From contig PFAM01000004.1 in the NCBI GenBank assembly GCA_002778705.1, positions 20,109 through 84,108 on the forward strand: a stretch of DNA of 64,000 bases, given 5' to 3'. This document shows, piece after piece, positions 50,276 to 59,651 of the stretch. A model generated the notes under the pieces. It searched no databases. It had not been told where the DNA came from and was given only the letters and a program-made list of their open reading frames with translations. Position numbers and translations under genes: made by a program. Position 1 is the first letter of the stretch. Every line of letters begins with the position of its first letter. The DNA is from Candidatus Falkowbacteria bacterium CG10_big_fil_rev_8_21_14_0_10_37_14. GTDB taxonomy: Bacteria; Patescibacteriota; Patescibacteriia; Patescibacteriales; Patescibacteriaceae.

Positions 50276-50839
50276 CTAGTCAACTAAACAATGGTTATCA
50301 AGACATGTGTAATTTGTTGGGCAACTTTGCACATTAGTACAAACTCCTCCACAACCATCAGCGCCAGTATTAGGCACTCCATTATAAACCCCTGTATTAC
50401 AAGACATAAAACAATTAGGTAAACAAGTAACAATATCACCAGGAACAGCCGTATTAGCCCCTGCACCAACATCACTAGTTTTATTACCCAAACAAAAACT
50501 TAAGCTATAAGAAGCACCATTTTCATCTTGGCTATAAGTATAAGTGGTAGTGGCCGTGCAACCGTTATCCACAGGCTGTGGATTAAAAGGCACATGAGGT
50601 AAATAAGTTGTTAAACTATAGCTTAGAGGACTCCCAGCGGTAATGGTGGTTGGATACATACCAACATCACGATAAAAACTTTCCAGAGCACCTTGAATTA
50701 AACGAATATCGGTAATTCGCTTACCATCACGATTAGCCATACGCAAAGATGATAAAGTTTTAACCGTCAAGGCGGTTAAAATAGACATGATTACAATAGC
50801 TAAAAGTAGCTCTAAAATAGTAAAACCTGTTTTTTTCAT
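50276..50839 (-). CDS. Type IV pilin/GspG-like protein with Cys-rich tail
   Basis: GFTILELL, RDGKRITDI...ALESFY...YP, DGCGGVC. Confidence 0.88.
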   Translation of the reverse strand: MKKTGFTILELLLAIVIMSILTALTVKTLSSLRMANRDGKRITDIRLIQGALESFYRDVGMYPTTITAGSPLSYSLTTYLPHVPFNPQPVDNGCTATTTYTYSQDENGASYSLSFCLGNKTSDVGAGANTAVPGDIVTCLPNCFMSCNTGVYNGVPNTGADGCGGVCTNVQSCPTNYTCLDNHCLVD

Positions 50840-50844
50840 AAAAC

Positions 50845-51309
50845 TTAATAAGAAACAGTACCAGCGGGCATAGCCCGATTATTGCCAGCGGATAAATCTC
50901 CCGCATCATCACCTAAACAAAAATCTAAATGATAGGAAGTGCCGTTAGCGTCATTGGAATAAACATAAGCAGCATCGCTTGGACAAGAGCCGTCGGCTGG
51001 CTGGGGATAAGTCGGCAATTCTTCCATATAAGTTATGGATCCTGAAACCAAAGAATTGCCAGCCACCAAATTTGCAGGATAGACACCTTGATCACGATAA
51101 TAAGCGCGCAAAGCTGATTGCATTTGTGTTACATGAATAATGCGGGTAGAGTCACGAGCACCAGAACGCATCCAAGAAAAAACCCGAAAGACCATGGTGG
51201 CCAATAAAGCCAGAATGGCGATGACAGTTAACATTTCCAGTAATGAAAAACCTGAGCTTATCGAAAGGTTAGTGCGATTATTTAACATACGAAAATTAAT
51301 CTTGGACAC
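50845..51309 (-). CDS. Type IV pilin/GspG-like protein
   Basis: GFSLLEML, ARDSTRI...ALRAYY...YP. Confidence 0.88.
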   Translation of the reverse strand: MSKINFRMLNNRTNLSISSGFSLLEMLTVIAILALLATMVFRVFSWMRSGARDSTRIIHVTQMQSALRAYYRDQGVYPANLVAGNSLVSGSITYMEELPTYPQPADGSCPSDAAYVYSNDANGTSYHLDFCLGDDAGDLSAGNNRAMPAGTVSY

Positions 51310-52375
51310 AACGGACGCTGTAATAATTATTAACAGTAGCAGATGTTTGAGTTACTACGGGACTGTCGTCAGATATTTTAATATAATTATTATCAGAGGT
51401 CCATAAACGATTCTCGGTATTTCTGCCACCCGTAACAGCTGAAGGTAAAATTTCATGATAGCCGGCGCCCACAGCATTAAACTGCGCCCAGCCAGTAGCA
51501 TTAGCAGGCGTGGTCCAATAAGTATTATCTGGCATTTGATTAGTTCTTAGTTTGTAGCCAGGGTCTGTGCCTAAAAAGGTATTGAAAGCTGTAAACTCTT
51601 CTGTAGTTGGCACGTGCCAACCACTAGGGCAAAGACTGGCAAGCATAGTTCCTTTGTATAAAAGACCGACATCATTAACTGTTCCAGAGTCTTCGCAAGG
51701 TGCACTAGAACAAACTCCAGTACTAGCAGCGTATAAATAATGGCTTGTGTCCATATCTCCAGCTGTATAAGTTAAACTAGCTGTGGTTTTTAAGTTGCTG
51801 GCAAACCAACATTCCCCAGAATCTTGCTGACCATTAGGGATAATGTCATACCAAACTAAATTGTAATTATTTCCCGATAAGTCAACAGCACTATTTCCAC
51901 CAGTTGGGCAGGTAGGACCAGGTGATTGCAAATAGCTGATATTAGCATCAATTTTAATCGTGGTGGCACCGACCGCACAACGACCAGTAGTACAACTGCC
52001 AATAGACCTTAAAGTCATCGAATTGCCAGATGGCAAACCGCCATACTCTACAGAATAAGTACAACTATTATCAAGACTGATGACAGTGCCTGCTTCACCA
52101 GGTTGTCCACAAGTTCCCAAATTGGGGATTAGATATTGCCCCGGCTGGCAGTTAGTAGCGTAATTGCCAAGCTGACCGTAAACCGCTTGTCGTAAACCAG
52201 TCTCGGCCGCCGAATAAGCAGGGATATCACAAGAACCAACACCATAAGCTCTTAAGCGAATAATGACCGAGGTCATCATAAACAAGGCTGCCAACATAAC
52301 GGCCGACATAGCAAAAACCGTGGAGCCTAGCATACTACCCTGATGACTCGAATGTAACCAAGTAAAATGTTTCAT
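51296..52375 (-). CDS. PilX-like N-terminus fused to a FISUMP (Fib_succ_major) domain
   Basis: AYSAAETGL; CWFASNL, GLLY, CPSGWHVPT..E, C-terminal SVRCVQD. Confidence 0.8.
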   Translation of the reverse strand: MKHFTWLHSSHQGSMLGSTVFAMSAVMLAALFMMTSVIIRLRAYGVGSCDIPAYSAAETGLRQAVYGQLGNYATNCQPGQYLIPNLGTCGQPGEAGTVISLDNSCTYSVEYGGLPSGNSMTLRSIGSCTTGRCAVGATTIKIDANISYLQSPGPTCPTGGNSAVDLSGNNYNLVWYDIIPNGQQDSGECWFASNLKTTASLTYTAGDMDTSHYLYAASTGVCSSAPCEDSGTVNDVGLLYKGTMLASLCPSGWHVPTTEEFTAFNTFLGTDPGYKLRTNQMPDNTYWTTPANATGWAQFNAVGAGYHEILPSAVTGGRNTENRLWTSDNNYIKISDDSPVVTQTSATVNNYYSVRCVQD

Positions 52376-52402
52376 AAAAAAATTATTAATAAAATCATTA
52401 TA

Positions 52403-52948
52403 TCATTGTAAAGGCGTATTGGTAATAGCTGTCTGATAATAAACCGATTCATTAGCATTTTTAGTAGAAGTAGCTGATAAACGAATGGCCACGGTGCTAC
52501 TATTACTAGTTAGGGTATCAAAATATATTTTGTTAATAAAAATATCTGCCGAAGTAATGGTGTAGACAGAAGCTAAACGCTGAGCAATTAAACGACCATT
52601 AGTAACATAATATTGGACGCAAACATCTTTATTATCCAACACACAAAGTTTGTTTTTAATACCAGGGGCGACACTATTAACACAAAAATAAGTATCAGAA
52701 GAGCAAGAACAATAAGCGGAACACTCAGCGGCGATAAACTTTTTAGATTTCTTAGTTTCATCAGTTAAGACACCTAAAGCATAACGCAAATCGCCTTCCA
52801 GATTTTGCTGATTGGTAATTTTATCTTGGACATCCATCACCCGTAAAAATACTCTAGTAATTGCCAGGGCAAGTATAGCAAATAAGCTGACAGCAACTAT
52901 TAGTTCAATCAGCGTTAAAGCTTGGTGATGATTTTTAATTGGTGTCAT
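52403..52948 (-). CDS. PilW/GspJ-like minor pilin
   Basis: ALTLIELIVAVSLF. Confidence 0.82.
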   Translation of the reverse strand: MTPIKNHHQALTLIELIVAVSLFAILALAITRVFLRVMDVQDKITNQQNLEGDLRYALGVLTDETKKSKKFIAAECSAYCSCSSDTYFCVNSVAPGIKNKLCVLDNKDVCVQYYVTNGRLIAQRLASVYTITSADIFINKIYFDTLTSNSSTVAIRLSATSTKNANESVYYQTAITNTPLQ

Positions 52949-53552
52949 ATAACCTGGATAATACTTGACTAGTGTGTCCCTTACCTCGCTCCTCCCAATA
53001 AACTTTCACAATAACATTGATAAATTTTTTAGAATCTGGGGCATTAGGATCATAACTAACTTCAAAATAACGATAAAAAGGTGTATCAGAACCGGAAGTT
53101 CGTTGATAAAATGATGGAGTGGTGGAAGCAATGTCAGCACTTAATTTAAGGCGAGCGGTGCTAGTAGCCGGAAAAAGGCTGGCAAGAGCAGGCGTGATCT
53201 GAGTACTAGAAACAGTGGCTCGATTAGAGGTTGGCACATTAGTCCAATCAAAAACTACAATATGAGCACAAGGACCGGTATCACAAGGAGCCGTTGTAGT
53301 ACTAATTAAACCACTAGCGAAACTGATACTACCAACTACATTTTCATTACGCATGGCTTCGGCCAATTCCACACCCTCCCGTAACAACCCTTGGGCGATA
53401 AAATCGTTTTTAATAACATTTTCCATTTGTAAACTGCGAGTGGTTAAACTCATCACACCGACAAAAACCACTGCCACCATAGCCACAATTAAAATGACCT
53501 CTATTAAAGAGAAGGCGAAGACAGGTTTTGATTTGGAATTGATTAAAGGCAC
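52935..53552 (-). CDS. PilV-like minor pilin
   Basis: AFSLIEVILIV...LREGVEL...RNEN, VKVYWEERG; GTG start. Confidence 0.82.
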   Translation of the reverse strand: MPLINSKSKPVFAFSLIEVILIVAMVAVVFVGVMSLTTRSLQMENVIKNDFIAQGLLREGVELAEAMRNENVVGSISFASGLISTTTAPCDTGPCAHIVVFDWTNVPTSNRATVSSTQITPALASLFPATSTARLKLSADIASTTPSFYQRTSGSDTPFYRYFEVSYDPNAPDSKKFINVIVKVYWEERGKGHTSQVLSRLYDTN

Positions 53553-53558
53553 AAAAAC

Positions 53559-53700
53559 AATTTTTAATTTTGTAATTTTTAATTTTTAAATAAACAAATC
53601 TAATTTTTAATTTTTTAAAACACGAGAGCAATATCTTGGTATTTATTTTGAAAATTGAAACATTATTTTGAAATTAAAAATTTGAAATTTGAAATTTTTT
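53559..53700. repeat. AT-rich heptamer-periodic inverted-repeat element, divergent copy C
   Basis: (aattttt)n left arm and (gaaattt/aaaattt)n right arm, about 140 bp, directly after the stop at 53703. Confidence 0.6.
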
Positions 53701-53702
53701 CC

Positions 53703-54938
53703 CTATGGTGTTGTTGTAGCGCTAATTAAGCCAGAGGGCCAGATCCGAAAAGACTTAGGCGTATAACCAGGATAACCTTTATTAGAACCACCTCGATTAA
53801 CAGTTATGATGGCCGAATCTTCAGTGGCACTGGCGCCATTGATTCTCATTAAATAATCGGCTGGCGAAAAGAAAACATCAATAGTGCTGGTGATACTGGT
53901 TGTGGCTCCGATACTATTAACGCTATAAAACTTATCAAAAACGGGACCAGGCGGTAGTTTAACCTCTTGATATTTTTCTTCATCAGCACTGTAAAGTTTG
54001 GTGGGCGGAGTAAAAGATTGATACCAAGGCGCCCAGTCTTTCACAAAACGAATTTCATCGACGCTGCCAGCAAATGTAGCACTGCCAATATTTAAACTGG
54101 AGCCTGAATCATAATACATTTCGGTAGTAGTACCTATTTGTAAAACATCTTTGGCTTTACCGTCTACAAAAATTTTAATAAACTGCCGATCCCTAACGGC
54201 AGCAACATGATGCCAGACATTGGTAGCTAAAGTAGTAGTAGAAGATGAGCCAATTTCATACCAGACGCTACCCGAAGTTCTAAAACCAAAACGAGCTGTA
54301 GTTGTTGTTCCGGCAAGATTCACGCCGACATAAAAGCTATTTGACTTTTCGGCAATTTTTTGTAAACTGCCACTAAAACTTGTCATTTTAAACCAAAAAT
54401 CTATCGCAAAACTACTGGTGCCGGTATTAAAGTCTTGGTGATTAGGAATAGATAAATAATCGCTAGCATCAAAAGTCCAGTGATCACCACCAACACCACT
54501 AGGAGCACCGCCCCCGCTAGTGTTAATAGGAGTAGCGTTTTTAGTCACAGTTTTAGTGGTAGTTGCGGTGCTAGACACCGAACTGTCAAAAAAAGTTGTG
54601 CCAGAAACCACTTCTGTCCCGTGGATTAAAAGCTTGGTTGGGAAATCATAGTTTTGACTGCCATTTAAATCACCATAGGTAATATATTTACCACCGGGAC
54701 GATTAAAATAGACTCCCCAACCATAAGGTGCTTTATCAGCCGAAAGCATCCGACCGTTTAACGCAAAGTTTTGAGCAACACGGACTTGCTCACGCATTTT
54801 ATCGCTGACCGCCACAATCTCCCCGCTATCGTTAATCTCATTAAAGTTAGCGTAAACCACCACCGAAATAATCACGATGATTGAGATAGTGATGGCAATT
54901 TCAATAAGGGTAAAAGCTTGTTTGGCGGTTTTTAGCAT
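53703..54938 (-). CDS. FimU/GspH-like minor pilin with an inserted LamG domain
   Basis: AFTLIEIAI, YGWGVYF, then FAIDFWF, NVWHHVAAVR, FVDG, GSVDEIRF. Confidence 0.85.
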   Translation of the reverse strand: MLKTAKQAFTLIEIAITISIIVIISVVVYANFNEINDSGEIVAVSDKMREQVRVAQNFALNGRMLSADKAPYGWGVYFNRPGGKYITYGDLNGSQNYDFPTKLLIHGTEVVSGTTFFDSSVSSTATTTKTVTKNATPINTSGGGAPSGVGGDHWTFDASDYLSIPNHQDFNTGTSSFAIDFWFKMTSFSGSLQKIAEKSNSFYVGVNLAGTTTTARFGFRTSGSVWYEIGSSSTTTLATNVWHHVAAVRDRQFIKIFVDGKAKDVLQIGTTTEMYYDSGSSLNIGSATFAGSVDEIRFVKDWAPWYQSFTPPTKLYSADEEKYQEVKLPPGPVFDKFYSVNSIGATTSITSTIDVFFSPADYLMRINGASATEDSAIITVNRGGSNKGYPGYTPKSFRIWPSGLISATTTP

Positions 54939-54941
54939 AAA

Positions 54942-56219
54942 TTATTTGGCTTGAAGTAATTCTAAAGCCTTGTTGAGCTGAGGATCGTTTTTATCTTTAG
55001 CATCTTTCTCAGTAAACTCTATTTTAATATCCGGTTCAATACCCTCTTTATCAATGGCGCGACCTTTCGGGGTTAACCATTTGGCTGAAGTAACTTTCAT
55101 AGAGCTTCCACCAGGCAAAGACATTAAAGATTGAACAGAGCCTTTGCCAAAAGTTTTAGCACCGACTAATTTAGCCAAGCCATAGTCTTGTAAAGCCCCA
55201 GCCACAATCTCAGCGGCTGAAGCTGAGCCTTGATTAACTAAAACTACCGTTGGGATACTAGCTAAAGTAGCAGGACCTGAAGATTTATGCGGATCTTGTT
55301 CTTTGTTGGCATAGCGTTCAATCACAATTGTATTATTTTTAATCCAATAACCGCCCATCTTAACAGCGGAAAAAAGATAACCGCCCGGATTGTTACGCAA
55401 GTCTAACACAATGCCTTGAGCCGACTTGGTAATTGCCTCATTAACAGCGGTAGCAAATAAACTGTCAGTATCATCATTAAAATTAGAAACTCGAATAATT
55501 ATATTGTCACCTTTCCACTCGGTTTTGACACTTTTAATTTGAATAACAGCACGAGTAATTTTAATTTCTAAAGTATCAGCTGCACCTTCCCGCAAAATTG
55601 TTAAAGCAACGACCGTACCTTTAGGTCCACGAATTTTTTTAACCGCCTCGGTTACTGAAAAACCGGTGGTTAATTCTCCGTTAATTTTAATAATTTTATC
55701 TCCAGCTTTTAGCCCAGCTTTTTGTGCCGGCATTTCATCTAGTGGAGTGATGACCGTAATAATTTCATCCTTTAAGCCGATTTCGGCGCCAATACCTTCA
55801 AAAGACCCTGACATATCATCATTAAACTCTTTAGTTGATGATGGTGTCATAAAAACAGTATAAGGATCTTTAGTTGAGGCTACTAGACCTTCTAAAGCAC
55901 CGTAAAAAATATCTTGATCAGTCAACTGTTCGTGGTCAACATAAGTGCTTCGTAAATTATCCCAAACCTGCCAAAAAAGCTGTTCATCAAAAGCCGAAGA
56001 TTTGTCAGAATTAGTTATGATTCCGGTTTGATTTTTAAGGTTTTTATCACCTTGTGGTTGACCTAAAACCCAACCTGCAAAAAAGGCTGTTATAACTGCT
56101 GTAACAGCTAAAATACCTAAAATTAACTCTCTGGGATTACCTACACCACGCTTCTTTGAAAGACGGTCTTTTTCAGAAGACACATCTTTAACAGAAGCTT
56201 TCTTTTTCTTGTGAATCAT
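54942..56219 (-). CDS. S41 family carboxyl-terminal processing protease (CtpA-like)
   Basis: DPYT, PDZ (GIGAEI), LDLRNNPGG, SASAAEI, TFGKGSVQ. Confidence 0.95.
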   Translation of the reverse strand: MIHKKKKASVKDVSSEKDRLSKKRGVGNPRELILGILAVTAVITAFFAGWVLGQPQGDKNLKNQTGIITNSDKSSAFDEQLFWQVWDNLRSTYVDHEQLTDQDIFYGALEGLVASTKDPYTVFMTPSSTKEFNDDMSGSFEGIGAEIGLKDEIITVITPLDEMPAQKAGLKAGDKIIKINGELTTGFSVTEAVKKIRGPKGTVVALTILREGAADTLEIKITRAVIQIKSVKTEWKGDNIIIRVSNFNDDTDSLFATAVNEAITKSAQGIVLDLRNNPGGYLFSAVKMGGYWIKNNTIVIERYANKEQDPHKSSGPATLASIPTVVLVNQGSASAAEIVAGALQDYGLAKLVGAKTFGKGSVQSLMSLPGGSSMKVTSAKWLTPKGRAIDKEGIEPDIKIEFTEKDAKDKNDPQLNKALELLQAK

Positions 56220-56319
56220 AATAAAAATAAATAATTTTTTGATAAGCCTATTATAACATATTTTAGCAATTGGCAAAACTGTACTTACTTGCTAAGATAA
56301 AAACAATTAAATATCAATT

Positions 56320-57390
56320 ATGACTACTATCATCATCATCTTACTAATACTATTAGCTTTAGCGGTAGCAGCTGTAGTTTGGCTAGCTAGCCGTCAACCA
56401 AAAGCGGTTGGAGCAGACCCCGTACTTTTAGAAAAATTAAACAATATGGGCGAGCAAAATAAAGAACTTCGTCAATTATTTGATAACCGCTTGCGTGAAA
56501 GCCATGAGATTAGCCGTAACCAATTTTCTGAAACTACTAGAGTAATACAAAACATCAGCCGTGATTCAGCTAAAACCATTGCCGAAGTAACCGAAAAATT
56601 AACCAAGCTAGACGAAACTAATAGACAAGTGGTGAATTTTTCTTCACAGCTGCAAAAACTGCAAGATATTTTAAAAAATCCAAAACAACGAGGTGTCTTA
56701 GGTGAGTATTTTTTAGAAGAAACATTAAAAAATGTATTGCCGCCTAATTCTTATGAAATGCAATACAAATTTAAGAACGGCGAAATTGTGGACGCCGTGG
56801 TATTTGTGAAAGATTTAATCGTACCAATTGATTCTAAATTTTCTTTAGAAAATTATGAAAAATTAATTGACGCCAAAGACCAAGCAACTCGCGACAACTG
56901 GGAAAAATTATTTAAACAAGATTTAAAAAATCGTATTGATGAAACTTCTAAATACATCAGACCAGCCGAAAAAACTATGGACTTCGCTTTTATGTTTATC
57001 CCATCAGAAGCGATTTATTATGATTTGCTAGTCGGCCGAGTAGGCGTCGATACCCGTAACTTAATTGAATATGCTTTTGTTAATAAAAAGGTGATTATTG
57101 TGTCCCCCACTTCGTTCTTGGCTTATTTACAAACCGTCTTGCAAGGCTTGAGAGCCATGCAAATTGAAGAATCAGCAAAAAGTATCCGCGAGAATGTTGA
57201 GAAACTAGGCAAACACTTGACGGCCTATGAAGTATTTATGGATAAATTGGGTAACACCTTAGGCACCACAGTTAATCATTACAACTCCGCCGTCGGTGAA
57301 TTTAAAAAAGTCGATAAAGATGTAGCGCGTATTACTGAAAGTTCCACAACTTCCAATCTTGACTTAATAGAGGCTCCTCATCATGACTAA
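56320..57390 (+). CDS. rmuC: DNA recombination protein RmuC
   Basis: N-terminal TM segment, coiled coil, KQRGVLGE, PIDSKF, FAFMFIPSE, VSPTS. Confidence 0.93.
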   Translation: MTTIIIILLILLALAVAAVVWLASRQPKAVGADPVLLEKLNNMGEQNKELRQLFDNRLRESHEISRNQFSETTRVIQNISRDSAKTIAEVTEKLTKLDETNRQVVNFSSQLQKLQDILKNPKQRGVLGEYFLEETLKNVLPPNSYEMQYKFKNGEIVDAVVFVKDLIVPIDSKFSLENYEKLIDAKDQATRDNWEKLFKQDLKNRIDETSKYIRPAEKTMDFAFMFIPSEAIYYDLLVGRVGVDTRNLIEYAFVNKKVIIVSPTSFLAYLQTVLQGLRAMQIEESAKSIRENVEKLGKHLTAYEVFMDKLGNTLGTTVNHYNSAVGEFKKVDKDVARITESSTTSNLDLIEAPHHD

Positions 57391-57469
57391 AAACCTAAAA
57401 ATTTTTTAATTCTATAATTTTTAAATAAACAAGGAAATTTTTAATTTGAAAAAATACCAAAGTCTATTA

Positions 57470-58351
57470 ATGAATAATGATACTGAAATTAAGAAGGCGG
57501 TTAAAAAAACTTTAATTTGGTTTGATATGTTTGACTATCCGCTAACACTTTTAGAAGTGGCTAACTATTTACCGATTACGGCTAAAATAGAAGATGTCCA
57601 AACAGTTCTAATGGACTACCCTCAAACTTACGGTTTTTATCATTTACCAGGACGAGAGAAAATTCTTGTCGAAAGACAAAGACGCAGTAATTGGGCAGAT
57701 CGAAAATTTAAAAAAGCTCGGCGACTAGCTAGAATTTTTGGAGTTTTACCCTGGCTAAGACTAGTGGCCGTAACTAATCTGATTGGACAAAGCAATTTAA
57801 AAGATGGTGGCGATATAGACTTGTTTATCATTACTTCACCAAAAAGAATTTGGCTGACGCGCTTAATTATGGCTGGCACTTTAAAAGTTTTTAATTTACG
57901 CCCTAGTGCCAAAAAACATCGTGATACTTATTGTTTAAGTTTTTTTGTAGCTGAAGACCGTTTAAACTTAAGCGATTTGCGTTTGCCCAACGATACTTTA
58001 TTTACACATTGGGTGAGCGGTTCTGTTGTTCTTTGGCAACGGCCAGGTGTTTATGATAAATTATTGGCGGCTAATATCTGGATTAGAAGTCAAATGCCTA
58101 ACTGGCAGCCAGTAGAGCCCACGCGTCGGCGACCGTTTATTGCTCGCCAAACTAAGCAAGTCGGATCTTGGCTAGATACTTTTGAAAATAATACGCGAAT
58201 TTGGCAAGTTAAACATTTCCCTAAAAAATTAGCTGAGCTTAATAACCTAGACAACCGGGTGGTGACTAAATTTGATATTATCAAACTCCACTCTAATGAT
58301 AATCGTGCAGAAGTCCAAGAGTTATTTATAAATCGACTAAAGAAAGTATGA
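57470..58351 (+). CDS. Conserved hypothetical protein with a nucleotidyltransferase-like DIDLFII motif
   Basis: FDMFDYPLT, GGDIDLFIIT..RIWLTR, CLSFF, KLH.ND.R. Confidence 0.65.
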   Translation: MNNDTEIKKAVKKTLIWFDMFDYPLTLLEVANYLPITAKIEDVQTVLMDYPQTYGFYHLPGREKILVERQRRSNWADRKFKKARRLARIFGVLPWLRLVAVTNLIGQSNLKDGGDIDLFIITSPKRIWLTRLIMAGTLKVFNLRPSAKKHRDTYCLSFFVAEDRLNLSDLRLPNDTLFTHWVSGSVVLWQRPGVYDKLLAANIWIRSQMPNWQPVEPTRRRPFIARQTKQVGSWLDTFENNTRIWQVKHFPKKLAELNNLDNRVVTKFDIIKLHSNDNRAEVQELFINRLKKV

Positions 58352-59625
58352 AAATTAATACCGAGCAACTGCGATTATTTTTAACTAAAGGACTAGCGAT
58401 ATTCCCATTGCTTTTAATTTGGCAAACCAAATTAATTATCGACTGGGCTTGGCCTGGAATAATTCGCTGGGAATTTAACAGTTTGGCTTTATACCTTTCT
58501 GACATTGGCTTAATTATTTTGTTAATTATAGGCTTTATACTTTTTCATGGATCGGAAACAAAAGACAAAAAAAGGCTGTGGTTTTATGTAGCAGGATTGG
58601 CTGTTGTTTTTGTTAGTACTTTTGGTATTTATACCTCGTTTGATAAACCTTTATTAGTCTTTAATACCCTGAGAATTTTTGGAGCTCTGTCCTTAACTTG
58701 GTTAGTTATTAATTTTGCTGACAGAAAAACTTTAGCTCAAGGATTTGTAATAGCAGCCGTAATTTGTGCTTTGATTGGCTGGATACAATTTGCCAGCCAA
58801 ACGACTGTGGCTAACAAGTGGTTGGGACTAGCCGAACATCAAGTAAGCGTTCCTGGTGTGGCAGTGTTTATTACCGAGCAAGGCAGACTGTTAAGAGCTT
58901 ATGGTCCATTAGACCACCCTAATATTTTAGGGGGATTACTTGCTCTGGCTTTAATTATTTTAGCCGGCTATCGATTATTTAAAAATTATTGGTTAACTTT
59001 TAGTTTAGCTATATTATTGACCACTGGTTTATTTTTTAGCGGAAGTCGTAGCGCTCTCTTGGCCACGGGGCTTGGCTTGGTTATACTTTTGCTAAATAAA
59101 AATCGAAAAAAATATTTGGGCGTAGCAACGGTTGTGTTGTTAACTGGTCTGTCGCTGAGCTTGGTCTTTGGTAATCTCTGGAGCCCCAGATTATCAGCTA
59201 CCGGCCGACTGGAAAATAATTCTATTAACGAACGACAAACGCAATTTAGCCAAGCTTTACAAACTATTCAAACACACCCACTAGGTGTGTCTAGCGGGCA
59301 ATACACCGAATGGTTAGCCAAACAGGATAACAACGCCAAGGAACCATCAGCTTATCAACCAGTCCATAACATTTGGCTGTTAACCATAGCTGAATTAGGT
59401 TGGTTGGGGGGACTTGCTTACTTAGGATTATGGCTAATACCCTTGTTAATTATCGGCAGACGACCGCTTGGCATAGATTTAGCTTTATGGTTAGCCATAT
59501 TTATCTTAGGCTGTTTTGACCATTGGCTTTATAGTAATCATTTTGGTCTGCTCCTGTGGGCCTTAATAATCGGCCTCCTATTAATAGAACCTCCAAAAAT
59601 GGACAAAACCCTAAAAATCAGGTAA
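58348..59625 (+). CDS. O-antigen ligase / Wzy_C family protein
   Basis: RAYGPLDHPNILGG, SGSRSA, QPVHNIWLL..AELG, FDH. Confidence 0.88.
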   Translation: MKINTEQLRLFLTKGLAIFPLLLIWQTKLIIDWAWPGIIRWEFNSLALYLSDIGLIILLIIGFILFHGSETKDKKRLWFYVAGLAVVFVSTFGIYTSFDKPLLVFNTLRIFGALSLTWLVINFADRKTLAQGFVIAAVICALIGWIQFASQTTVANKWLGLAEHQVSVPGVAVFITEQGRLLRAYGPLDHPNILGGLLALALIILAGYRLFKNYWLTFSLAILLTTGLFFSGSRSALLATGLGLVILLLNKNRKKYLGVATVVLLTGLSLSLVFGNLWSPRLSATGRLENNSINERQTQFSQALQTIQTHPLGVSSGQYTEWLAKQDNNAKEPSAYQPVHNIWLLTIAELGWLGGLAYLGLWLIPLLIIGRRPLGIDLALWLAIFILGCFDHWLYSNHFGLLLWALIIGLLLIEPPKMDKTLKIR

Positions 59626-59651
59626 ATTAAAGCTTAATTAAAGATTATTAT

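Noticed and set aside
50565..50585. Inverted pair of DnaA-box-like sequences (TTATCCACA-GGC-TGTGGATTA)
   Set aside because: Lies inside a pilin coding sequence (NPQPVDN); no box cluster or dnaA nearby, so not called as oriC.
53410..53631. 73-aa ORF and similar extensions running through the heptamer repeats (also 27685-27753, 32729-32785)
   Set aside because: Low-complexity translations of the repeat arms; better starts exist downstream.
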